DNA of 64,000 nucleotides, from NCBI RefSeq assembly GCF_006345805.1, contig NC_042998.1:93992001-94056000 (forward strand). Direction: 5' to 3'. The notes under the pieces are model-generated. The model was not told the origin of the DNA. It made no database searches and worked only from the letters and a program-made list of their open reading frames with translations. This stretch comes from Octopus sinensis (taxonomy: Eukaryota). Position 1 is the stretch's first letter, and each line of letters starts with the position of its first letter. The translations under genes and the position numbers were made by a program. Below, piece after piece: positions 52,780 to 64,000 of this stretch.

Positions 52780-53660
52780 ATACAAAATGGGACAAGAATG
52801 CAAAACATCCGGAAAACTAGGTGAAACAAAAAAGGACAACATAACATCCAGATAAACGATAGAAAGAAAACAAGGGCAGGTCATTTGAAGTTTTCTATTT
52901 TCAGTCAAGAACCATATTATCCTTGCAATTTCAGCTGATTATTCTTGAGATTGCTCTAATCTGGCCAGCCCCAGGAAAAAACTAAGCTAAGATTCCTTGG
53001 AAGAAAGCAGCAAATGTATACAAAAACAAGGACGGAAAAAACGGACAATGTTACACAAAAAAATACAATAAAAATAATAACAGGACATAACAACAGGTGT
53101 CTTTCGACTAAAGACAAATTGAATTAAGCTGCCGCATGTGGAAATGAAACCTTATGGCAGAGATACAAAAATTTCACAAACACTGGGAAGAATATCGATG
53201 TTGCATGGACCACAGTCAGACCAAGAAAGAAAGAGCAGGCTGGCCGATTGGTCACGTGGGAAGAGAAGAGAGAGAAGTAGAAGCAGAGGGACAGAAGAAT
53301 TAAGGAGGGGTGAGAAAAGATGACAGGGACATATATATAGATATATAAGATATATATATATGCATATATGGGTACAGGACATTGCCAACTGTGTAAACAA
53401 CATGATGTATGAAAACAAACAAGTTAAATGCGCAAACAACAAGAGAAAAATGGAAAACAGGACAAGTAACACAGAGAACGACTCTTCATCAGTTGTCAGC
53501 TGTCTATCTACTTCTCATCTCAAGCATCCAATGACAATATGAGTCTTTGAAGACAGATGCTCCCATAAATTGCAAAATAAAATTTTAGATTTATGGAGGG
53601 TCAAAGTTGGGAACAAAAACAGGACAGTGGAGACATACAAGAAAACTGAACGAAAACAAC
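52780..53660. mobile_element. Penelope-derived repeat between (TA)n arrays
   Basis: Start AAAATGGGACAAGAATGCAAAACATCC..TCAGTCAAGAACC..GCAATTTCAGCTGA is shared with 23310-23430; TA-flanked. PLE origin is inferred. Confidence 0.4.
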
Positions 53661-53684
53661 ATGGAAGGTTGTTAAACCAGATAC

Positions 53685-53736
<52 letters not shown>

Positions 53737-54339
53737 GTAGAATAATAAAAAATAAAAAATAATTTTTTATTCTTATTTCTTATTTTTTATTTTTTCTGTC
53801 TTTTACCTCCTATTTTTATTTTTTATTTGTATACTTGTATGAAAAAGTCTGTTGCTATATAATCAAACTTCTTAACTACACACAATTTCAGTTTGAAAAT
53901 GGCTATTGAAAGACTCGAAACTCATTAGAGTAACTGGAAACAATATCATTAAAATAAAAATTATCCTCCCAAAAGCCATCTCTCACTAGTTTTTTAAAAT
54001 ACACACACACACACGCACGCACATACACACACATGCATATATATATATGTATGTATGTATAATAGATACAATAGAAAGGTTCAAATCAGGCAGAATACAA
54101 TTAACACATACATATACGGGTTTAATTAGGATAAAATGAGAATTGTCCAATCTGAAACATATATTGATGTATAAGAAATATAAAAATATAGAAATATAGA
54201 CTATTAAAGATATACATGGACATATAGATATATAGATATGTAAACATAATAATAATAGAATATAGATAAAAATAATGAAATATAGAAAAAAGACGTTTTT
54301 AAAAATTCAAAATATAATATTGTGAAAGTAATAGGCATT

Positions 54340-54810
54340 AAAAAGAGTTTTGGGTAATATGTTAGAGGAAAATAAGGTGTTCCAACGATCGTTTCAGGAA
54401 TACATTCGTGCAAATTACATATGAATCTTACGATTCATTTCCATAGAATGCCCTCATCATCAGAGAAAAAAGTGTTTATATTACCAGGTATAAGATAATT
54501 TGATGCTTTATATTACTGGCATTGTGATTATAAAATTTAATATGGTTAACAACAGGTTTTCCTGTTGAGGAGGGAATCATTTTAGTCATATCAGAATTAC
54601 TGTGAGGCATTAAATTAGCTAATTTAGTTTTGAGTTTAGTGACAGGGATGTAAAAAATATGGTCATGAAAGCCGTGTAATTTTAGGGCATGATTATAAAT
54701 TGGTGCTTGTGTGTTAAAAATCTCCTTGTTTTCTGATAAGTTGGATATGCTAATGGAGATAGCCATGATAATACTATCAATGGTTAATTTCAAATGATTA
54801 GACGAGACGT
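54340..54810 (-). pseudogene. Penelope RT C-terminal fragment
   Basis: IDSIIMAISISISNLSENKEIFNTQAPIYNHALKLHGF matches the PLE pattern I...IS.RIS.LSS..EIF....P.Y..AL...G. Confidence 0.6.
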
Positions 54811-54814
54811 TTAT

Positions 54815-55413
54815 ATATGTCCCTCGTTTAAGAAACAGATTGGGTTTATTTACATTTGTGAAGAAAAAAGATACCCTTCCCCACCCCTAACCCTAACCCT
54901 AACTAACCCTAAATCTAAAATAGATTGAAATGCAATAGATCGATACTAGGGTTATAATTATGGGTGACAATTTCACACGACACCGCTAAGTTTTTTATAG
55001 CGATGTCATATGAAATTGTCACCCATAATTATAACCCTAGTATCGATCTATTGCATTTCAGTCTATTTTAGATTTAGAGTTAGATTTAGGGTTAGTTAGG
55101 GTTAGGGTTAAGGTTAGGGGTGGGGGAAGGGTATCTTTTTTCTTCACAAATGTAAATAAACCCAATCTTTTTCTTGAACGAGGGACATATTCATTATGCA
55201 CAGAATGTTATTTACGTCAATGGAGGTAATTGATTGGTTAAAATTGCCAAAATGCAAGAAATTTTAGATGAAATATGTTACAACCTATAGAATTTTCTCA
55301 ATAAAGCCAAAAGAAAATGATGTTTTATAAACACATTCTACCAGCATACGAAGTTTAAAATTTTTTAGTTACCTAGAAATTGTTACAAACTGTCATTCAA
55401 AAGGAAAAGATCC
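54815..55413. mobile_element. DNA-transposon-like element with fold-back duplication and telomere-type repeats
   Basis: Palindrome 54815-55190 with a 9-nt spacer and (CCCTAA)n/(TTAGGG)n in the arms; the right arm continues to ..TTCAAAAGGAAAAGATCC at 55413. Confidence 0.65.
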
Positions 55414-55753
55414 GGGTAATATAACTTAGTGTTTAAATTAAGTGTGACATCTAAAAAGTTGGCAATTTTTGTTTCTGTTTCAAATACAATATTGAGATTA
55501 AAGAAATTCAAAGGAAATTTTCTTATGACTTAATTTGCCCAGTCTCTGGTTTAGATAAACCATTTACTACCAAGAGTGTATAGGGCCCACCGGAAACGTT
55601 TGGAAAGCTTTTCTTGATTTGAGACAAGAGATACCAACCCACAAGGTCTATCAACTGGGCTGAAAGAAGTCTGTCATATATATATATATATATATATATA
55701 TACTTGTTCCACGTCCTCGCGTTGTTGTGTTTTCTCTTTGTTCATGTTTGGAT

Positions 55754-55782
<29 letters not shown>

Positions 55783-55784
<2 letters not shown>

Positions 55785-56769
55785 CCGAAGACCCGGCAAG
55801 ACTAGTCAGGCCATATCCCATGGCCCCTACCTGGGACGTAGTCAGTCCACCTGTGCATACCTTCCTCCTTGTGATACTTGTGAAGGCCTGTTGAGGCAAG
55901 TGAAAATCAAAATCAAAATGAAATCAAATCAAATCAAATCAAAACAAATCAAAATAGATGAACATTCATGGAATTGTATCTTTGTGGTACCAGTGCCGGT
56001 GGCACACAAGAAAACCATCCGAACGTGGCCGTAGCCAGTACCGCACCGACTGGCCTCCGTGCTGTGGGCACGTAACAAACACCATCCGATCGTGGCCGTT
56101 CGCCAGCCTCATCTGGCACCTGTGTCGGTGGCACATAAAAACACCATCCGAAGACCCGGCAAGACTAGTCAGGCCATAACCTGTGGCCCCTACCTGGGAC
56201 GTAGTCAGTCCACCTGTGCATACCTTCCTTCTTGTGACACTTGTGAAGACCTGTTGAGGCAAGTGAAAATCAAAATAGATGTACATCAATGGAATTTGTA
56301 TCTTTGTGGTACCAGTGCCGGTGGCACGTGGCACACAAGAAAACCATCTGAACGTGGCCGTAGCCAGTACCGCATTGACTGGCCTCCGTGCTGTGGGCAC
56401 GTAACAAACACCATCCGATCGTGGCCGTTTGCCAGCCTCATCTGGCACCTGTGTCGGTGGCACATAAAAACACCATCCGAGCGTGGCCGTCTGCCAGCCT
56501 CGTCTGGCACCTGTGTCGGTGGCACATAAAAAACACCATCCGAGCGTGGCCGTTTGCCAGCCTCGTCTGGCACCTGTGTCGGTGGCACATAAAATCACCC
56601 ACTACACTCTCGGAGTGGTTGGCGTTAGGAAGGGCATCCAGCTGTAGAAACACTGCCAGATCTGACTGGACTGGTGCAGCTTTCGGGCTCCCCAGACCCC
56701 AGTTGAACCGTCCAACCCATGCTAGCATGGAAAGCGGAAATTAAATGATGATGATGATGATGATGATGA
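55783..56769 (+). mobile_element. RTE-tailed SINE with head-to-tail ~350-bp duplication and 62-bp tandem repeats
   Basis: Unit 1 55783-56145, unit 2 56146-56474, 62-63-bp units at 56413-56599, tail to (GAT)n. Confidence 0.85.
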
Positions 56770-56779
56770 TATATATATA

Positions 56780-56949
56780 GGCGCAGGAGTGGTTGTGTGG
56801 TAAATAGCTTGCTAACTAACCACATGGTTCTGGGTTCAGTCCCACTGCATGGCATCTTGGGCAAGTGTCTTCTGCTATAGCCCCGGGCCGACCAATGCCT
56901 TTTGAGTGGATTTGGTAGACGGAAACTGAAAGAAGCCTGTTGTATATAT

Positions 56950-56989
<40 letters not shown>

Positions 56990-57208
56990 GTGTTTGTGTG
57001 TCTGTGTTTGTCCCCCTAGCATTGCTTGAAACCGATGCTGGTGTGTTTACATCCCCGTCACTTAGCGGTTCGGCAAAAGAGACCGATAGAATAAGTACTG
57101 GGCTTACAAAGAATAAGTCCCGGGGTCGGTTTGCTCGACTAAAGGCGGCGCTCCAGCATGGCTGCAGTCAAATGACTGAAACAAGTAAAAGCGTAAAGAG
57201 TAAAAAGA
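56780..57208 (+). mobile_element. Full-length tRNA-derived SINE (GGCGCAGGAGTGG family)
   Basis: A-box and B-box-like head, internal (TA)/(TG) microsatellite, tail GACTGAAACAAGTAAAAG; the best reference copy in the window. Confidence 0.9.
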
Positions 57209-57301
57209 GATATTTACATCTAATATAGGATAAAATTTTTCAAAAAAAATTCTATCAATGGCCATCATATTAATAAATACCTTTACAGGTTAAATTTATA
57301 A

Positions 57302-57613
57302 ACAACTTATAAACAAGGGCAAAAGAAAAATTTCTAATGCCAAATATGCTGAAAATAGACTTAAATTGTCAATAACCATATAATTTATCACTATAAGCAC
57401 ACGTCTCAAAGTAAGCCGACAGAAATTTCTAAAAAAATTAACTCTGAAATCGGGGCCGATACGATAATAATGGTATTTTTTTTAGAAATTTCTGTCGGCT
57501 TACTTCGAGATGTGTGCTTATAGTGATGATTTATATGGTTATTGACGATTTAAGTCTATTTTCGGCATATTTGGCATTAGAATTTTTTTCTTTTGCCCTT
57601 GTTTATAAGTTGT
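57302..57613. mobile_element. 312-bp fold-back element (MITE-like)
   Basis: ~137-bp inverted arms (ACAACTTATAAACAAGGGC... / ...GCCCTTGTTTATAAGTTGT) around a ~36-nt spacer. Confidence 0.8.
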
Positions 57614-57671
57614 ATATATATGTCCAACCCATGCTAGCATGGAAAACAGACGTCAAACGATGAGGCTGATG

Positions 57672-57704
<33 letters not shown>

Positions 57705-59769
57705 TGTATGGCTATAGCTTTGTGTCTGTTTCTTGTCCCCACCACTACTTGACAATTAGTGAAATTCACTCACAAGATTATTGGTCAATCTGAGGCTATA
57801 GTAGAAAAGACTTGCTCAAGGTATCACTTAGTGGAACTGAACCTGGCGGCAAACCAAAGCACTTGAAACAGAAAAATGAGCTGACATTAATCGTACAGTG
57901 GAAGTACAATCTTTAATTACTTGAAATGATAGGCATATGAAGATCATGATATGAAATGACCAAACTTATGTTGTATAAGGCACCCGTTCTCTTCTACAGT
58001 ACTGAACAATAGTATGCGACACTTTTCTTCAGTGCCACAGATTGGAACTGAATCCGAAACCATGTGATTTCAAAGTGAACTTTCCGACCACTTAGCCATA
58101 CCTGCACCTCTGTATGATGCTGTAACAGAAAACTAAAATGGAACAGCATAAGCTTCAGTAGTATTTATTTTAAATAAATCACGTTCCCAAGAGTTGACAG
58201 CAGGCTGTACCTTTCTCGGAAATCCTAGGTAAAGATGTAACAGCCTAAGAAGCTTAACTTAAAGAAGCAAGAACAGAACAGTAGATGAAATACATATCAT
58301 GACATCTCTGTATGATAAATTAAATAAAATAATTTATTTTTATGCAATGGCAGTATCATTATTCTCAGCAACAACAGTGTAATTCATGTAATAACAATAT
58401 CACTATTCAGTATGATATCATCATACCTTAACTGCAATAGTCGTTTGACGTATTAATAATTAATATGATGGATTGATGTGAGGACATTATAATAGGTTAA
58501 TGTAGTTTATAATATTACCAATCAATTATTTGATTTATCTATGTAATGGCATTAATATCAAACTTATTTAAAAACACTCTAAATAGTCGCAGTAACTGCT
58601 TTATTATTGATAGAAATTAGATGATCAGAATTAATGTCTGGTAAAAATAACATAAAAATACACCAATCAAATATTTGATTTATCTATTTAACAGCATTAA
58701 TCAAACTTATTTTAAAAATACTGCATGTAAATAGCTGCTATAACATTTTTATTATCATAATTATAAGGTGGTGAGCTGGCAAGATCATTAGCATGTGGGG
58801 CCAAATGCTTAGCGGCATTTCGTCTGTCTTTACTTTCTGAATTCAAGTTGATTTTTTCCTTTAAGGTGGTGAACAGGTAGAATTGTTAGCACGCCGGATA
58901 AAATGCTTAGTGGTATTTCACCCATCGGTATGTTCTGAGTTCAAGTTCTGCCAAGGTCGACTTTGCCTTTCATCTTTTCAGGGTCAATTAATTAAGTACC
59001 AGTGAAACACTGGGTTCAATGAAATCGACCAGTCCCCTCCCCTCAAAATTTCAGGCCTTGTGCCTATAATAGAAAGGATTATTATTATTATTATTATTAT
59101 TAGGAATTATAAAGTCAGAAATAAAATCATCATCAACATTTAACGCCTTTTTTCTGTGCTGGCATAGTTGGATGATTTGACAGGAGCTGGCTAGTCAGAA
59201 AGCTACACCAGGATCCAATTGTTTGTCTTGTCATGGTTTCTATGGCTGGATGCCCTTTGTAACACCAACAACTTTACATAGGTGCTTTTCATGTAGCACC
59301 AGCACCAGTGCTATTACACACCACCAACACAGGTGCTTTATATACAGCACTGGCAAACATTCTTCATACTTGGCATCAGCATCGGTGCTTTTATATGGCC
59401 CCTGCATGAGTGCTTTTTACATGGTACCAGCACCCCAAGTTCTCAAGACAAGGACCCTCAGCTGAGAGAAGGAGTGGAGGGCATGGACGCAAAAGGCATG
59501 CCTGTAAGTGTGGATGGTTGTGATTTTACTGAGTATAACATGTCTTCTCAAGCACAGCAAATTACTAGAAGTCTTGGTCCTTTGTCATCTCCTCAGTGAG
59601 GCCCAACGTTTGAAGATCCTTCAATTCATTCATGCTTATTTCAGATTTGGCAACATTAAAAAAAACCCTAATAAAATGTATGCTATTCTTCTCACTCAGA
59701 GGTCCCAAGCAGGGTGTACAAGATGGTATTTCAGGGGTGCAGCATAGAAAGAATGTACTTTATTAATAT

Positions 59770-59980
59770 CACAGGAGTAGCTATGTAGTAAGAAGCTTGC
59801 TCCCCAACAACATGGTTCCAGGTTCAGTCCCACTGTGTAACACCTTGGGCAAGTGTCTTCTGCTATAGCCTCAGGCCGACCAAAGCCTTATAAGTGGATT
59901 TGGTAGACGGAAACTGAAAGAAGCCAATTGTATATATATATATATATATAGTCTGGTTGGCCACTTGATCACATTATATT

Positions 59981-60044
<64 letters not shown>

Positions 60045-60240
60045 ATGTGTTTGTGTGTTGTCCCTCCAACATTGCTTGATAACTTATGCTGGTGTGTTTA
60101 CGTTCCTATAATCTAGCGGTTCGGCAAAAGAGACTGATAGAATAAGTACTAGGCTTACAAAGAATAACTCCTGGGGTTGATATGCTCAACTAAAGGCGGT
60201 ACTCCACCATGGTCGCAATCAAATGAATAAAAGAGTACTA
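59770..60240 (+). mobile_element. tRNA-derived SINE (GGCGCAGGAGTGG family)
   Basis: Head CAGGAGTAGCTATGTAGTAAG.., expanded internal (TA)n, tail ACTAAAGGCGGTACTCCA. Confidence 0.8.
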
Positions 60241-61179
60241 GCAAGTCATATTCTCTCGCAAGTGTACTTTGTACTCCTATGGTTTTGTACTTACAGTTAT
60301 TTTATAAGATGTTATTTAAATCCACTTAATTTACAATGTTAACACACATTGTTTTCCATATCTACTTTCTATGACTACCACTACACAATTTTGCATCTAC
60401 AATAACGATTGATTTTTTTTTTTTAAATATCCAAATAAACATCAATACTACTATTGATATTTGTAATTTCAAAATATCACTGAGTAAAAGAAACAAAATA
60501 TTATTTAGTCATCTGATGAAGTAGCAAGCTGATATTTCTATATATGTACAATAAGAAAGTTATTGAAGATTTCTAAGTGTAGCGTGTATTGTTAATCCAT
60601 TTCATAGAATGCTAATCATCACTATCATTTTTACTAGCAAAGATCTCAAGAGCAGGAACTACTGTGTTTGGTTATACTAATATTTGCTTTTTTTTTCTTC
60701 TTTTTTTTCACTTTTTTGCTTTTATTCTTCTCTTCAGCATCACATCAATTTCATGTTTCTGGTTGGTGAATCATTATAACCTAGGAGCCAAATCTGTTGG
60801 AATACCTGGCATAAACTGACAAAAACAAAAGTGTTATATATGTACAGATATAAATAACTGAATCCTTCAAACCACCATAAATTTGCACAGGAAAATATTA
60901 AAATGTTTGAATATGATAATTTACGACAGTGTGTGTGCATATGTGTGAGTGTATATGTGTGTGTGTGTGTGTGGAGGGAAGGAATACATTACAATGTTGA
61001 GTATAATAATGAAAATAAATGTATGAAACGAGCATTTTTAAATGTGTAATAAATTAGTTATTATTTTTTTCAGGATTTTTGCATCGTCATCATCATTGTC
61101 ATCATTGCCATCCTCCTTATCATTGCCATCCTCCTCATCATTGCCATCCTCCTCATCATTACCATCCTTCTCATCATCG

Positions 61180-61213
<34 letters not shown>

Positions 61214-61512
61214 TGTTTTCATTATTATCATCATCATTATTGTCATCATCATTATCATCGCTGTCTGGCAGAAACGTTAGCACTCTGAGAGAAATGCTCA
61301 GCAGTATTTTGTCTGTCTTTACGTTCTAAGTTCAAATTCTGCTGACGTTGACTTTGCCTGTCATCCTTTCAGGGTCAATAAATTAAGTACCAGTTGCATA
61401 CTGGTGTCAATCTAATTAACTGGCACCCTCCCCCAAAATTTTGGGCCTTGTACCTAGAGTAGAAAAGGATATCATCATCGTCATCGTCATCGTCATCATT
61501 ACTGTCATCATC

Positions 61513-61560
<48 letters not shown>

Positions 61561-62599
61561 GTCGTCATCATCAGTATCATCATCATTTTCACCATCATAA
61601 TCATCTTTCTTTTTATGACCAGCTTTTCCACCCTTATATGGTTGGAGGACACTTAAAATACTATTCCACAGCTGAATGTCCCTTTCCTGATGGCAGCCCT
61701 TACTTTTTTTTCAGGTAAGATATGTTATTCCTTTGAGTTTTGCACATTGAAACACCAAATGAAAAGCTAATGATGTACTCTAGGCATAACAGCCAAGAAC
61801 TGATGCAGCCTACCGGTATGAAAATTTTCATGCATGGGCAGAAAGAGTGGCATTACCTCCTATGAAAAGGATTTTGCCCACACAATTAATTTTGGAGGGA
61901 AAAAATAAAGATGGATACTTTTTTGGAATGTACCTTGTATACTGAAATTATTATATGATAAAGGCTGTAAAACAGCCGTCTTCTCAAGGATGGTAAGTGG
62001 TTAAATAAATACATTCACCTCTCATACCTCCTGACTTTTTATGGTTTATATATTCCTCAGGAAATAATTTCATTGATTGAATCTCCTGGATTTCAGCTAC
62101 AGAGAACTCTCTATATTAGATTACTATGTGGTCTGCTAGCCGAGTTCACTAGAGCAGCTTTCTGCAATAGTCACAGGACTCTATGGTTCCATATATTACA
62201 CTACACGTCAGGCACATGCCATCATTAATTACTCAGGGTAGGCAGTTGGTGACATTTATGTAGTAAAACACACAAAAAATAAGTGAAGCACGACTGCATG
62301 ACTGAGTTGAAGACAGATTTACTACTGCCTTTATAGCACATAAAGAAAACGTTGTAGTAGGAATGTATGCAGCATGTGTACTACAGCAGTTCTATGTGTA
62401 GCTTTAACACTGAGATTGAAAGGAGGGGCGAATTTTGCCTCCCAAATCTACAAAAAATATAACATTTTGCATTTTATGCATAATAATCGGAGTAACCTTC
62501 ATAATTTTATTGAATTAGGTGAATATTTTGCCATAAAAGGAAAATGTTGCTATCGATTTATTTTATTCAAAGTAGGTACTGCCTACCTAGATGGCAAGT

Positions 62600-62645
<46 letters not shown>

Positions 62646-62739
62646 AGATAATAAAAATATATGCATACATACAAACATATATGTACGTACCTACATCTAC
62701 ATGTATATATACATGCATATATAAATAATTATACGGGAG

Positions 62740-63576
62740 TACAGGACATCACAATAAGACGTAGAAACGGAAAAAGCCAAAAAACAAAAAACAAGAAAAC
62801 GGAAAACGAAAAACAAGAAAACGAAAAACAAATACAGGACGAGCTACACAAGGACAAAACCCCCATCATCAGCTGTCGCTAGAGGAGTCAGGCATGTTTC
62901 GAAGGCATAACAGAACACTAATCCAATAGGCCTTCCTGCGAGAGAATTAAAATAAAATTTCAAGCAGCGGGGCAAAATGAGTACGAACACAAACAAGACG
63001 TAACAATACGACTGCAAAATTAAAATACATGTACAAAAACAAACACAAGAGGACGAACGAAAAAGCCTTTTTTCTGGCATAGACAAACAATAAAACTGCA
63101 AAAATAAAAATACATGTACAAAAAGTACAATTAGTTACAAAACGAGAAAATAACAAGAATACTATACAGGAAATCAACCACACAAGGGGACGAACGAAGA
63201 AGCCTTTTGCTGGCAAGGACGAAAGTGTAGTAGCAGCGCGTGGAGGCAGTCTTTTCAATAGTGGGAACCACGTGTAAAGGAATTTTGTTTTATAGGCAAG
63301 GAAGAGGGAAGGAGGAGGGGGACACGCGGCGAAGAGAGAGGAGGAGTGGGAGGGAGAAAGATTGAAGAGGTTAAAGCAAAGGGAGAGAGTACCGCATATA
63401 TATATATATATATTGCACATTCTTTATTTTCTCTCATATCTTTCAATGTTCCTTTCTGTGGAAGAGCATAGGCTCGAAACGTAAAAGACTTTTTCACTTC
63501 CTGATCGTTATACTAATACATCTGTTTGTTGTCTACACCACCTGTCTTTGTCTTTTGTTTTGTTTTTGTGAATTCT

Positions 63577-63580
<4 letters not shown>
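62740..63580. mobile_element. Penelope-derived element ending in (TA)n, with variant hammerhead at 63452-63487 and an internal ~75-120-bp duplication
   Basis: CTTT-CTGTGGA-A-GAGC(ATAG)GCTC-GAAAC-GTA^AAAG; ends GAATTCTCCC-(TA)n; duplicated CACAAG.GGACGAACGAA.AAGCCTTTT motif. Confidence 0.55.
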
Positions 63581-63785
<205 letters not shown>

Positions 63786-64000
63786 AATGTATGTGTGTAT
63801 GTGTATTGTGGTAAAAAGTTGAGATATCAAGTGAATTAAAAGTGGCATGTGTTGAAAAATGTTGGATAAAATAACAAATAAGCAAAAAAAAAAATCATAT
63901 CAGGTGAATACTAAAGAGGAGAGTAAATAAATTGAATAAACCGCATAAAGTAAGCAATAAATTATAAATTAGTTAAATAATTTTCACATAAAATTACCCA

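Noticed and set aside
54886-55125. Chromosome end or telomere fusion site
   Set aside because: Only a few degenerate units embedded in a transposon-like palindrome with ordinary flanks.
56413-56599. 62-bp repeats resembling a CRISPR array
   Set aside because: The repeats are contiguous with no unique spacers, lie inside a eukaryotic SINE, and no cas genes are present.

Overview
AT-rich (~34% GC by eye), repeat-saturated eukaryotic DNA. Most likely an Octopus (coleoid cephalopod) genome: this is inferred from the SINE families and the dense (TA)n/(CA)n/(GATA)n/(ATT)n/(CAT)n microsatellites, and was not verified by search. I could not assign an intact protein-coding gene, rRNA, true tRNA or CRISPR array, and most ORFs in the track are microsatellite artefacts. 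The window is a fossil record of transposons: at least 7 Tc1/mariner remnants (two are ~1.27-kb near-identical inverted copies sharing the same lethal lesions), non-autonomous Helitrons, Penelope-like (PLE) fragments and PLE-derived tails carrying minimal hammerhead-ribozyme motifs, restriction-like-endonuclease (R4/Dong-type) LINE ends arrayed in (TAA)n, several tRNA- and RTE-related SINE families, MITEs and two long fold-back palindromes. The most notable observation is a 2.0-kb insertion (25409-27429) that splits a SINE in two. It carries only a decayed L1/Tx1-type ORF1 (CCHC knuckle) with no ORF2, no LTRs and no target-site duplication. A homologous ORF1 fragment is also carried as cargo inside both Helitron copies. 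A chain of small phase-compatible minus-strand exon candidates is offered only as a weak hypothesis.
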